Made by a program: the position numbers and the translations under genes | Assembly: GCA_003193925.1 (NCBI GenBank) | Contig: PSPG01000002.1 | Location: 41,258-105,257, forward strand | Source of the DNA: Candidatus Thalassarchaeum betae | Lineage (GTDB): Archaea; Thermoplasmatota; Poseidoniia; Poseidoniales; Thalassarchaeaceae | Direction: 5' to 3' | Length of the DNA stretch: 64,000 nucleotides | In this document: piece by piece, positions 19,076-28,923 of the stretch | How the letters are laid out: each line of letters opens with the position of its first letter | Numbering within the stretch: position 1 is the first letter of the stretch | The notes under the pieces: generated by a model | Databases searched by the model: none | Seen by the model: only the letters and a program-made list of their open reading frames with translations | What the model was told of the DNA's origin: nothing

Positions 19076-19563
19076 TCTGACTTGTCGCGATAGTGTATCT
19101 CGATGACGTCGTTGTTCTTCATCGCGTGGCTGCCGTACTCATCGTTGAGCTCCCCATTGACGTACATGACGACCTCGCTGTCCTCGTCGGCGACGCTGTT
19201 GAGGATCTGGTTCTCGTTGAACGTCTCGCCCCAGATATCGAAGAAAGCTCCTACTGGGGCCTCCATCGTCCGAGGAGTCTCTATGTGCAGTTTGCCAGTG
19301 CCGTCGTGAGTGTGAATGCCCCTCAAGCCGTCACAGGAAGCGTCGTCGATGCCGATTTCCGCAGCTATTGCGACCTCGGAGCCGTCGAGAAATATCCTGA
19401 GAGTAGAGTGTTCGTGGGAGACCAACTCGTTGTGACCGGCGAGGCAGACATCGACGATCTCCCAGTCTTCATCGACCAGCGCATTGGGGGAGAACACCAC
19501 CACTGCGAAGAATGCCGCGGTCATCACAGCGGCCCCGACCATCAGCCATGACTCTGATTTCAC
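19072..19563 (-). CDS. Membrane-anchored His-motif protein of unknown function
   Basis: N-terminal TM, HEH, IGI, IHTHDGTGKLHIE, FFDIWG, YVNG. Confidence 0.7.
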   Translation of the reverse strand: MKSESWLMVGAAVMTAAFFAVVVFSPNALVDEDWEIVDVCLAGHNELVSHEHSTLRIFLDGSEVAIAAEIGIDDASCDGLRGIHTHDGTGKLHIETPRTMEAPVGAFFDIWGETFNENQILNSVADEDSEVVMYVNGELNDEYGSHAMKNNDVIEIHYRDKSD

Positions 19564-19614
19564 GCTAGGCGCACAGAGGCAGTCGTCTTGAACCATGAGG
19601 CTCCGCATTCGCCC

Positions 19615-20244
19615 ATGCCAGAGCCCGGAGCGGTTCCCGAGTACTGGGAGGAGGCGAAGGCGAGGTTGTCCCGGACAGACCCCGTCCTAGCCGGGGTGAT
19701 CACATCGCGCGAGGAGTCGGTGCTGACCTCGCGGGGGGACATGTTCCTCACGTTGACGGGCTCGATCATCAGCCAGCAGATCTCCACGAAGGCCGCCAAG
19801 TCGGTCTGGTCGAGATTCGAGGGGCTGGTGGGAGAGGTCACCCCCCGGTCCATCCTGTCGCACTCGCACGAGGAATTGCGGGGCTGCGGGATGTCCGGGC
19901 GCAAGGCGGAGTACATCGGCGGCATCGCCGAGGCGTGGACCAGCGGCTACGAAGACATCCTCTGGGAGGCGCTGAGCGACGAGGAGGCTTCGGAGAGGTT
20001 GATTGCTCTGAGGGGTGTGGGAGTCTGGACTTGCGAGATGATCCTGATCTTCACACTGCTCCGCCCCGACGTCTTCCCTGTTGGTGACGTCGGAGTCGTA
20101 CGGGCCATGGAGATGATGTACAACGACGGCGAGGAGATGAGTACGGAGGATCTGCTCGGCAAGGCCGAGGGGTGGAGGCCCTGGAGGACCGTTGCGACGT
20201 GGTACCTGTGGCGTAGCATAGACCCGGAGCCGGTGCAGTACTGA
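19615..20244 (+). CDS. alkA: DNA-3-methyladenine glycosylase II (HhH-GPD family)
   Basis: SIISQQIS, HhH LRGVGVWT, FPVGD, WRPWRTVATWYLW. Confidence 0.88.
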   Translation: MPEPGAVPEYWEEAKARLSRTDPVLAGVITSREESVLTSRGDMFLTLTGSIISQQISTKAAKSVWSRFEGLVGEVTPRSILSHSHEELRGCGMSGRKAEYIGGIAEAWTSGYEDILWEALSDEEASERLIALRGVGVWTCEMILIFTLLRPDVFPVGDVGVVRAMEMMYNDGEEMSTEDLLGKAEGWRPWRTVATWYLWRSIDPEPVQY

Positions 20245-20415
20245 TCACATGCAGTATCCGCGCTTTGGCTGGTCGGGGATGGACGGGGCCGCTCCCGACT
20301 GAACGCCGTCGGCCTCCTCCATGATGATCGTCAGCAGTGTGTTGACGAGCGCTTTGAGGTCCTCGACCTCGTCCCTGAGCTCTTCCACCCCACTGGCTTC
20401 GCTGTCCTCGGGCAT
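20245..20415 (-). CDS. Small acidic coiled-coil protein
   Basis: MPEDSEASGVEELRDEVEDLKALVNTLLTIIMEE...GYCM; minus-strand TTTATA box at about 20473-20478. Confidence 0.55.
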   Translation of the reverse strand: MPEDSEASGVEELRDEVEDLKALVNTLLTIIMEEADGVQSGAAPSIPDQPKRGYCM

Positions 20416-20538
20416 CCGCGCATCCCATCCGAGGAATCGCTTCCTCAAGGCGGCGAGCGCCGTCCTGTGGCCTATAAACACGGGAGGTTTGGCGTAAGCG
20501 GAAGTGGCGGTTCCGCGGGGCCGCGCGAAGGGCCGGAC

Positions 20539-23500
20539 TCACTCGCCGCCGTCTTCCTCGCCTGCCTCGTCGTCGCCGTCCCACGAGTCGTCTTCGTAGT
20601 AGCCCCCTTCGTCATCGTCGTAGTAGAAGTCCTCGCTGTCGCGGCCTCGCATCATGAACATCGCGATGCCTAGGACAGCGAGTAACAAGACCCCTCCGAT
20701 CAGCAACATCTGCGAGCTCTCGCCTCCCTCGTCCTCGGTTGGCGGAGGCTGCACGTTGATCCCGGTGATAGGCTGGTAGGGGTTGTCGAAGTCACCGTTG
20801 ACGATCAGGTACAGGTTGGGCTGTCCCGGCTGCCACGACTCCCACCGGAACTCGGCGTGGACGCTCGAGCTCTCGGCAGGCAGTAACAGCATGATATCGC
20901 CATTAGTCGCCGTCGAGAGTGACATCCTCCACTGGCCGTCGACCAGCTCGTAGAGGCCGACTTGGAGTTCTCCTTCCCTCTTCCCTTGGTTCTCCCAGAA
21001 TGTCTCGATGGTCAGGATTTCTCCCTGCAGCGGCGTCTGGGTCGGGTTGATGACAGCGCGCGTGTACTGGCCGAGGAACTCCATGATCCTCATGGTGACC
21101 TGCCTAGGGGCGACTTCGCTGGCGGCTCCGACGATCTCGTTGCCGGACTTGTCGGTGGAAGTCACCCAGAACCAGATGTAGTCCCCAGACTCCACCCTCA
21201 TGCCATTCAGCGGATTGAGGTCGAGGACGGATTGGTAGACGTCGTTGGTGTCACCGTCGGAGATCATCACGAGCTCCCCTGTTACCTCCGTGCCGGGCAC
21301 CGGCGCGTTGTCCCTGACATAAACCCAAGCGACCTGCAGCGGGCCGTCGACCATGCCGATCTCGTCGACCATGGTCACGGTCACGGTCACGTCGTCCAGC
21401 ATATCGGAGTCGAGGATCGTCAGTGACGAGTCCGGGTACTCAGCCATGTTGAACAGAACCTGCGGTGACTTGCTGTCCACGACCACCGAGGCGTCGCTGT
21501 TCACACCCGAAGAGCCCGCCCCAGGCACGTTCAGCACGGTGGTCGTCACTACCATCTCCGGGTTCAGCGGCACTCTGGCAGGCAGAACCATCGATCCCAT
21601 GAAGGTGCCATCTGGTTCTACATCGACCACGATGTCGATCTCCTGGGTTCCGTAGATCACCTCGATCTCGACTTGCAGATCGTCAGGGATCTCGCTCGCG
21701 ACGACTTGGGAGCCTGAGTAGTAGATAGTGCCCTCCATCAGGAATTCGTCACCCTGCCTAAGGTACAGTGTGTGCCCCACAGCTTCGATTTGAGGCGGAG
21801 TGAGGTCCTGCATCGAGTCCGGGACCGCCATGAAATTGTTGTCAAGATCCCAAGTCAGCTCGCCTATGTTGTTCTGGTAAGCCACGGTGCTCAGGTCATC
21901 CTCGATGCTGATGCTGGGCTTGCACCCCAACTGTCCTTCTGCCCACGGGTAATCCCATGAGAGCTTGAATCCGAGACTGAGCTGGGTTATCGCCGACGTC
22001 ACCTCGGCGGTCTGGGCGCTCAACGGGGAGACCATGCTGTCATCGGCGGTCCACAGGGTCCCCCTCGATGGGTCGTAGGTGAACTTGCCGAGGTTGGACG
22101 GACCGTCACCGCAGAGCATGATGGTGACGTTGTCCAGTGTGTGTATCCCGTTGAGCTCGTCGATCTGCATGGTGAAGGTGTGTGGGACCCCAGCGAGCAG
22201 GTAGCCGAGCTCGCGGTCGAGATCGAAACCAGTCGGGACGATGTTGGTGGGCTCGTCGGTGGCGATCACTACGGTGGACCAGGCGTTCTCGGCACCCGGA
22301 CCCCCCCCGGTACCTCCGTCCTGGTAGGAGTAACCTGCCCAGTCTGTGCCCTCGATGTACATGTGGACCATGCTGTTGAAGGGCAGTGCCGCGACGTCGA
22401 TGCCGACGAATTGCACCTGCTGCTGGCCCGTCATGCCAGAAGTCAGAGGCTGCTGCTGGGACAGGTACTCGTCCTCGTCAGCGATACCGTCCATGTTCAC
22501 GTCGTCGACGGTCTCGCGCCAGTAGCGCAGGGCGATGATCTCGCCTCGGGCCTCTGCCTCATCTATGGTGACGAACACCGTGAGGGGGTTCTGGGGCTCC
22601 CACACCTTGCCGTGCGCTGGCTGCAGGCCGATTGCGGTATTGACCTCTATCGGTCCGGCGGTCGGCGGGTTGGAATCGACCCTGATGATGACCTGCTGCG
22701 CGAGGCCGGTCACGTCCTCGGCCCCGGTGGACGAGCCGGAGGGGCCGACGGTGAGCATCATCGGAGAAAGCGTCAGCTCGGTGAGAGAGGCCGGCGGAGC
22801 GATTGTACCAGCGTATCCGCCTCCCTCTTCCGAGGCTAGGGCGAACAGGTTGCCAGACAGGTTCAGTCCGACTGAGTAGTCACCGGAGTCGGGTCGCCTG
22901 TCGGTCGAGTCCTGGAAGCGGACGGTTCCGGTGACGTTCACCTGACCGCCATCCATGATCGGGAACGGGTAGAACGGCGAGAACAGGTTGGACAGTAGTC
23001 TTCCGGACTCGTCCCGAACCTCGAACGAGTCGACCTGCAGATCGTTCTCGACCGCTTTGGCGCCGGACTGGCCGCTGAAGGACACAGCAGGCCACACAGT
23101 CTCCCCCGTCGAGTCGAATGCCTGGGCGACCCAGCGAATGCTGTCGACATCGTCCCAGTTCCAGCTGATATCGAACATCCAATGCACTGCCACGTCGGTC
23201 CAACCGTCGTTGTCCACGACGTTGTCGATGTAGCTCGACGTCTCGTCCAGCATAGCGGAGTTGCTTCCTGAGGGCTGGCTGAACAGCACGGGTACCGAGG
23301 AGTCCCAGTCGGCCATCGGGTCCTTGGTGACCTCGAACTCGAGTATCTCCCCGTCCGAGGCGGTTCCCCTCAGTGTGATCTTCACAATCTCGGAGTTGTC
23401 GTACAGGTGATGGTGCATGGTGGTGATCTCAACGAGCTCTCGGTCGGGGTACAACGTGTTGGGGACCTGGAAGTCTCGGTTGGTCATGATGTAGTCGTAG

Positions 23501-26500
23501 TCCAAGTCGCCGTCGATGGATATCGAACCCATGTCCGCGGAGACGTTCACGGGTATCGAGACCTCTTCAGGAGGTGGGTCGTCCTGAGTCTGCGAGTCGT
23601 GGTAGGCTGCGACGGATGTGGCTAGCCCGGAGACGTTCTCGAAGATCATGTAGCCGATACCCAGACGCGTCAGAGTCACGATCTGTGCGGTGCTGGAGTC
23701 GATGGTCAGCGTGACCTCCCTCCACTGCCTGCCGGTGTCGGGGTCGGTGTGGCTACCTGGCAGTGAGTTGATAGCCAGAATCTGAGCGCTGTCCAACATG
23801 TTGTGGAACAAAACGTCTCCCGAGCCACTCGACTGAGAGGCGCTGCCGATCGATACCGAGACGGGCGCGTCGAAGCCGTCGGAGTCCGGTGCGATGGAGA
23901 TGATCCCCGCATTGACCACGCCGGCTGCGGGAATCCGCAGCGTCATCGTCGAAGGCGCGAAATCGCCGATGCTGACGGTGGTGCTGGTCACCGTGCTGCC
24001 CATTCCGGAGAGCATCGACTGCCAGCCGTAGTGGCCGTAGTCGTCGCCCATCGGGAAGCTCCATTCGTGGGTCTCGTCGCCGAGCACGTCGATTTCCGGA
24101 TTGAGCGCTGGTTCGGCGAAGATCGCGGTCAGCACCATCTTGTCGATCCAACCGTTGGTCGGAAGCGATATCGAGACGCCGAAGCCAGGTTGTGGGTAGG
24201 TGAAGGCGAGGCCGCCCTGGGACATGGTGCCCAGAGTTCCGCCCGAGGGGCCGAGGAGATTGATTACCAGACCACTGGAGAAGTTCCCGGAGAGCCCGAC
24301 GCTCTTGATTGGCCTCGAGGAGTGGAGGTAGTCCGAGCTGATGGTGCCTGCGACTCCGGTGGCGTTGAGCAGCCCGTCGATCAGACTGACGCTGGCGCTG
24401 AAGTCCCAGCCATTGCCCTCCAGTGCGGCGGCGCTGAGCACCCTCTTGCCACCGATGTGGATCTTCATGACCCGAGGGGTCTCCTCCTCGTTGTTCGTGT
24501 CCATGTGAAGCTCCAGCCGCATCTGTGGCGTCGTCGTGGTGTCGACGCCCGCCAGGGAGATTGGGAATGACACATTGGAGTAACCGGGCACGACCTCGCC
24601 GGTGTAGGTGTCTATGAGCGAGGCGCGGACCCAGGTATCGGGTGATATCGATGCGTCGATGTCGATGAATCCGAGGTTGAAGTCGTGGATGTCGGAGGCA
24701 TCGAAGACGGGGCTCAGCCAACTCCCTCCGTTTCCGTAGTTGGCGATACGGACCCCGACGTTATCGAGATACCAGCCGCCGTAGTTCCAGATCGTGTCCG
24801 AGCCGCCGTGGAACCTGAAGCGCACGTTGTCCCCAGCGTACTGCGCGAGGCTGGCCTCCTTGCTATCCCAAGTAGTGTCTGTGACTGTGTAGGATGCTCC
24901 TGCACCAGTACACTTTACTGGACCAAAGTAGTTCGAGCCGGTCGGGATGGCAGTGTAGCCACCGATTCCGGTGTGGGGGTAGAAGCCGCTGCCGGGGTCC
25001 CAATAGTTCCAACTGCCACCGTTGACCTGGATGAAGATGCCAGCGCCATCCCAGTAGGCCTCGAAGCACGCCCAGTGATCGAAGACCATGGTGGCACTCG
25101 AATTGGCGGGGAGGCTGTACGTCGGCGAGTACAGATTGGCATTGAGATTGCTGCCGTATGGCCCAGCTAGATTGATCGCCATGGCGTATGGAAAAGACGG
25201 TTCGTCATTGCCCGCCCCTGAGGACGAGGTAACCTGACCGTATGACCACTTGTTGGTGTTCGAACCGGTGCTGGGGCTCCTGGTCCAACCTGACGGCATG
25301 GATGTGGAGGGACTGCTGGCTGTCGAGTCCTCGAAGCCTTTGAGGATGTCCTGGCCCCCGCTCACGAAGACGTAGTGGTCCCAGTCGTCGACTCCAGCCT
25401 GGGTGTTGGATGACGGGTTGGGCCAGACCGCGCCGTAGTGGTACATCGAGGTGGTGGTCTCTAGGTCGTCCTCGAACAACACGTTGCCAGAGCCGTCGAC
25501 GATGCGGATTTCGTCGACGGTCAGGCCCTCGAGGTCATCGGCGTAGTTGCCGCCGTATTGGGGGATGAAAGAGTCAGAGTCGACGATGAACCGGATGTGG
25601 ACGTTGGCCTGGTTCTGGAACGAGGTAGGGATGTCGAAGGAGACGGTCCTGATCCCGTTGCTCTCGTCACCGCTCACTCCGTCGTAGCCGCTGACGCCCG
25701 GAATCGCTCCGGCCCTGTCCTCGCAGTTGTAGGCGGTGCTGGAGCCGGAGGACGAGATGTCGATCCATGTGTTGTTGTTCAGAGAGAGCTCTACGCAGGC
25801 GTTGTCCGAGTACGAGCCGGCCAAGTCCCATTCCATGTCGACCTCGATCTCGTGGGTGCTGTTGGTCCCGGTCAGGTTGAGCGTTCTCTGCAGGGCGCCG
25901 TACTGGTTCGCAGAGTAGGTGCAGGTGGAGCCGGGTGCGTAGCAGCCGCCATGCCAGGCGCCGAACTCGGTGCCATCGTTGTGGAAGTCGAAGTTGTCGA
26001 GGAACCACCCTGGCCTCTCGTTGGTTGAATTGGGGTCGGTCCAGATGTGGAACCTGAACTGCACCTTGCTGGCGTTTTCGATGTCCGGTATCGACGACAG
26101 CGAAATGTTGCTGCTGACCCAACCGCTGTAGGTCGGCGAGGCGAACACCGGGACCGCCCCGGTGGATGGCGCTCCCTCCGGGGTCGGGGCGCTGGTCGAC
26201 ATGGTGCTCGGGTAGCCGCCGTCAGGCGCGATGTAGGACCAGTTGGTCCAGCTGCTGGTGACCATCCTGTACTCGACCCATGCCCCATCCCCGCCGCCGG
26301 CGGCGGTGCTGTCGAGATGGTACCAATGGTCGAAGGTCATGTAGTAGCCGTTGACGTCCTCGTCATCCGGGACGTCGACCTGAGGCAGCTGGAAGTAGCC
26401 AGAGGACCCTGCGGGCACGGGCGAGCCGGGCATGGTGCCGACGGCGACTATGCCTTCGGCGGCAGATGCTGGGACCACCCCGTGAGACAGCGTCTGCGTG

Positions 26501-27264
26501 TCACCGTATATGGTTCCGTTCAGATCGGTGAAAGTGGTAGCCCCCCAGAGCTTGTGCTGATGGCAGAGGTACGTCTGATTGGAGATCTCATTGGTGTCCA
26601 GCTGATTGTCGCCATCGAGGTTGAGTCCCGCCTTCATCAGGTTGCCGCCGTAGGTGCAGTTGGTGGAACCGGCGGACACTGGGAAGAAGGAGAACAGGTA
26701 GTACACAGTGGTGCCATTCACCACTGCGTCGCAGAAGTACTCGGTCCACAGCACCTCGTCGCTGTCGAGGTTCTGGTCGAAGTCGCTGTCCCAGCCGCGC
26801 TCGAGGGAACTGCCGTTATCGCCGTTGCAGGCTGAGAGGCCAGAGGAGACGTATGTCGTGGCGTAGACGTGCCTCCAGCCGGGGGAGTACTTGTAGACGC
26901 TGTTCAGGTTCACGGTGATTTCGCCCTCGTCGAAGGTGCTTATGTTGGATCTGGTCCCGTCGTCCTCCAACCTAATCTCCTCCTCGAGGAGTTCGGTGCC
27001 GTAGAAGGTCCCCGACGAGAAGTCAGTGCCTTCCCAGACTATCCCATCGTCGAGCGAGGTCGCCATTGGGGAGTCGGTCACATGGAGCCACCCGTCTAGG
27101 ATGGTAGCGTTCCCTGGCACCCTGAACCCGGTCAGGGTGACAGCATCGCCCTGGGGGTTGACCGAGGTCGGTCCGACCCAGCTGGCGTTCCCTGCAGCGG
27201 CAATTGGTGCTAGAAGCATCAGGAGCACGAGGACCCCTGCGAGTCTCTTGCGCTCGGCTGGCAT
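20539..27264 (-). CDS. Giant cell-surface glycoprotein (signal peptide, Cys/Asp repeats, MAM/jelly-roll-like modules, C-terminal TM and acidic tail)
   Basis: Signal peptide; two C..G....G.D.D....LD..E.....C repeats; repeated FDHW...DG..V...W...GW..DN modules; many NxS/T sequons; TM LLIGGVLLLAVLGIAMFMM. Confidence 0.85.
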   Translation of the reverse strand: MPAERKRLAGVLVLLMLLAPIAAAGNASWVGPTSVNPQGDAVTLTGFRVPGNATILDGWLHVTDSPMATSLDDGIVWEGTDFSSGTFYGTELLEEEIRLEDDGTRSNISTFDEGEITVNLNSVYKYSPGWRHVYATTYVSSGLSACNGDNGSSLERGWDSDFDQNLDSDEVLWTEYFCDAVVNGTTVYYLFSFFPVSAGSTNCTYGGNLMKAGLNLDGDNQLDTNEISNQTYLCHQHKLWGATTFTDLNGTIYGDTQTLSHGVVPASAAEGIVAVGTMPGSPVPAGSSGYFQLPQVDVPDDEDVNGYYMTFDHWYHLDSTAAGGGDGAWVEYRMVTSSWTNWSYIAPDGGYPSTMSTSAPTPEGAPSTGAVPVFASPTYSGWVSSNISLSSIPDIENASKVQFRFHIWTDPNSTNERPGWFLDNFDFHNDGTEFGAWHGGCYAPGSTCTYSANQYGALQRTLNLTGTNSTHEIEVDMEWDLAGSYSDNACVELSLNNNTWIDISSSGSSTAYNCEDRAGAIPGVSGYDGVSGDESNGIRTVSFDIPTSFQNQANVHIRFIVDSDSFIPQYGGNYADDLEGLTVDEIRIVDGSGNVLFEDDLETTTSMYHYGAVWPNPSSNTQAGVDDWDHYVFVSGGQDILKGFEDSTASSPSTSMPSGWTRSPSTGSNTNKWSYGQVTSSSGAGNDEPSFPYAMAINLAGPYGSNLNANLYSPTYSLPANSSATMVFDHWACFEAYWDGAGIFIQVNGGSWNYWDPGSGFYPHTGIGGYTAIPTGSNYFGPVKCTGAGASYTVTDTTWDSKEASLAQYAGDNVRFRFHGGSDTIWNYGGWYLDNVGVRIANYGNGGSWLSPVFDASDIHDFNLGFIDIDASISPDTWVRASLIDTYTGEVVPGYSNVSFPISLAGVDTTTTPQMRLELHMDTNNEEETPRVMKIHIGGKRVLSAAALEGNGWDFSASVSLIDGLLNATGVAGTISSDYLHSSRPIKSVGLSGNFSSGLVINLLGPSGGTLGTMSQGGLAFTYPQPGFGVSISLPTNGWIDKMVLTAIFAEPALNPEIDVLGDETHEWSFPMGDDYGHYGWQSMLSGMGSTVTSTTVSIGDFAPSTMTLRIPAAGVVNAGIISIAPDSDGFDAPVSVSIGSASQSSGSGDVLFHNMLDSAQILAINSLPGSHTDPDTGRQWREVTLTIDSSTAQIVTLTRLGIGYMIFENVSGLATSVAAYHDSQTQDDPPPEEVSIPVNVSADMGSISIDGDLDYDYIMTNRDFQVPNTLYPDRELVEITTMHHHLYDNSEIVKITLRGTASDGEILEFEVTKDPMADWDSSVPVLFSQPSGSNSAMLDETSSYIDNVVDNDGWTDVAVHWMFDISWNWDDVDSIRWVAQAFDSTGETVWPAVSFSGQSGAKAVENDLQVDSFEVRDESGRLLSNLFSPFYPFPIMDGGQVNVTGTVRFQDSTDRRPDSGDYSVGLNLSGNLFALASEEGGGYAGTIAPPASLTELTLSPMMLTVGPSGSSTGAEDVTGLAQQVIIRVDSNPPTAGPIEVNTAIGLQPAHGKVWEPQNPLTVFVTIDEAEARGEIIALRYWRETVDDVNMDGIADEDEYLSQQQPLTSGMTGQQQVQFVGIDVAALPFNSMVHMYIEGTDWAGYSYQDGGTGGGPGAENAWSTVVIATDEPTNIVPTGFDLDRELGYLLAGVPHTFTMQIDELNGIHTLDNVTIMLCGDGPSNLGKFTYDPSRGTLWTADDSMVSPLSAQTAEVTSAITQLSLGFKLSWDYPWAEGQLGCKPSISIEDDLSTVAYQNNIGELTWDLDNNFMAVPDSMQDLTPPQIEAVGHTLYLRQGDEFLMEGTIYYSGSQVVASEIPDDLQVEIEVIYGTQEIDIVVDVEPDGTFMGSMVLPARVPLNPEMVVTTTVLNVPGAGSSGVNSDASVVVDSKSPQVLFNMAEYPDSSLTILDSDMLDDVTVTVTMVDEIGMVDGPLQVAWVYVRDNAPVPGTEVTGELVMISDGDTNDVYQSVLDLNPLNGMRVESGDYIWFWVTSTDKSGNEIVGAASEVAPRQVTMRIMEFLGQYTRAVINPTQTPLQGEILTIETFWENQGKREGELQVGLYELVDGQWRMSLSTATNGDIMLLLPAESSSVHAEFRWESWQPGQPNLYLIVNGDFDNPYQPITGINVQPPPTEDEGGESSQMLLIGGVLLLAVLGIAMFMMRGRDSEDFYYDDDEGGYYEDDSWDGDDEAGEEDGGE

Positions 27265-27343
27265 GTACCGCACGTCGGTTGCAAGTATTATGAATGAATT
27301 GGTCCTGTTCTACGAACAGCTGGCTCTGGGCTGGATTTCATCC

Positions 27344-27378
27344 CGAACCCCCGCTGTGCTGCAGCCGTTCGGGGTTCG
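27344..27378 (-). other. Stem-loop immediately 3' of tRNA-Thr (possible terminator or processing signal)
   Basis: CGAACCCC...GGGGTTCG inverted repeat with inner GCTG/CAGC. Confidence 0.45.
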
Positions 27379-27379
27379 A

Positions 27380-27454
27380 TGGAGCCACTGGGGGGAATTG
27401 AACCCCCGACCTTCGCCTTACCAAGGCGACGCTATACCCCTAAGCCACAGTGGC
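27380..27454 (-). tRNA. tRNA-Thr (GGT)
   Basis: Reverse complement: acceptor GCCACTG/CAGTGGC; anticodon arm TCGCC-TT-GGT-AA-GGCGA; GGTTCAATTCC; encoded CCA. Confidence 0.96.
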
Positions 27455-27562
27455 AGTGGAGGGCCATCGGTGGACTCGATTTAACCACTGCGGATTAGGC
27501 GGTTAGGAGGACGTGCGAGATGCAACAGGCTCAAGTCGAGGATATCGCTCGGTGACTCGCCT

Positions 27563-27648
27563 GCCGAGATCGCATAGCCCGGTATTGCGCATGACTGGAA
27601 ATCATGTGGGATTTTCCCTCGGGAGTTCAAATCTCCCTCTCGGCGCCA
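27563..27648 (+). tRNA. tRNA-Ser (GGA)
   Basis: Acceptor GCCGAGA/TCTCGGC; anticodon arm CATGA-CT-GGA-AA-TCATG; long variable arm; encoded CCA. Confidence 0.95.
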
Positions 27649-27698
27649 CTCCCCGCTATCGCCCCGGAAGTCGCTGAACCCGGCGCGTCCCTTATGCG

Positions 27699-28865
27699 GT
27701 GCCTCGATTCGCCGCATCCGTGGAAAGGGAAGTCGGCGGCTCCGCCATTGAGCGTGATTCAGATTCAGAACCGCTGCGGCTGACCGACGTCGAACTGCCA
27801 TGGAGCTTCGCCGAGCGGGACGAGAGGCTCGCCTTGCTCGACACATTCCTGGAGGATTTCGTATTTCACGCGGCTGTTATTAGGAGGCAGTGGGGATTGA
27901 GCGAGCTCACCTGCCTCGGGCTGGCCTTCGCCGGGATGGTGCTGGGAGCGTGGGACCTCGGGATAGGCGAGCTGGCCGGCGGGGGCGACTACAACCGCGT
28001 CGGGTTCAGCGGCTTCAGGAGCCTCGCCGACTTCTCCCTCATACTGGCTCTCCTCTCGATGATAGCATGGGTGGGGGTGTTGATCACGTTGTGGTCGAGG
28101 TACCCGATTATGCGTGAGAATCTGGTTTACCTCGGAATCGCCATGCTGGCAGTCCAGATGGGATCGATCAGCGCGCACGCCCAGTCGCCCGACTTCCCCT
28201 ACGGGTCGGTCGCCAGGGACTGGGCCATGCTGGGAATGGCCAATCTGGTGCTATTGTTCCTGTCTATCGTGGTCGTCCACCGTGCTGTGATAGAGACGCG
28301 TGACGTACACGTCGAGGAGCGTCACGCCCACCCGGACCCACGCGTGGTTCAGAAGGCCTGGAGGGACCACAGCCTGAGAGCGTGGAGTCTGAGTCTCGGC
28401 TCGTGGATGATACTCGTCAACCTCATGGCGTGGTCTGGGGCGCATGCGATATCCGACCGGCCCCCGATAGAGGACTACAGCAATCTCGTGGTAGCGATGT
28501 TCGTCGTGACCGGTTTCCTCTCGGCCGGCTTCCTGATGCACATCCTGTGGTTCCCGCAGTTCATGCTCGGTGCAGTAGAGGACCGGATACAGTCAGTCAG
28601 GGCTAGGGAGGTTGCGGGAGAGGTACCCGAGGCCAGCCCCAAGGCCGAGCAGGGCAGGTGCCCCATCTGCGGTGACGACACCCCTGCGGTCCGGCACGCC
28701 ACAGGGAGGATCGAGGTACCGTGCACCTCCGATTGCTCGGGACTGGGCAAGCCCGGCACCCCCTGCCCGGAATGCGACTCCCTGCTGCCTACGAGGATAG
28801 CGTGCCCGAGCTGCAGCTCGAACACGACTATAGTCAGTCAGTTCAGCAGATCAGAGGCGTGGTGA
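27699..28865 (+). CDS. Multi-pass membrane protein with C-terminal 8-Cys zinc-ribbon region
   Basis: About 6 TM segments; CPIC, CTSDC, CPEC, CPSC; start codon uncertain. Confidence 0.75.
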   Translation: MPRFAASVEREVGGSAIERDSDSEPLRLTDVELPWSFAERDERLALLDTFLEDFVFHAAVIRRQWGLSELTCLGLAFAGMVLGAWDLGIGELAGGGDYNRVGFSGFRSLADFSLILALLSMIAWVGVLITLWSRYPIMRENLVYLGIAMLAVQMGSISAHAQSPDFPYGSVARDWAMLGMANLVLLFLSIVVVHRAVIETRDVHVEERHAHPDPRVVQKAWRDHSLRAWSLSLGSWMILVNLMAWSGAHAISDRPPIEDYSNLVVAMFVVTGFLSAGFLMHILWFPQFMLGAVEDRIQSVRAREVAGEVPEASPKAEQGRCPICGDDTPAVRHATGRIEVPCTSDCSGLGKPGTPCPECDSLLPTRIACPSCSSNTTIVSQFSRSEAW

Positions 28866-28923
28866 GCTCACCGACCCGACCGCGGGTGACGAGCATTGAA
28901 GGGTCGCGCGTCCCCGATGGAGC

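Noticed and set aside
20245-20260. CaaX prenylation motif
   Set aside because: The Cys is penultimate (YCM), not fourth from the end.
20539-27454. Genomic island integrated at tRNA-Thr or tRNA-Ser
   Set aside because: No integrase and no duplicated tRNA 3' end were seen; large surface genes are typical of this lineage.
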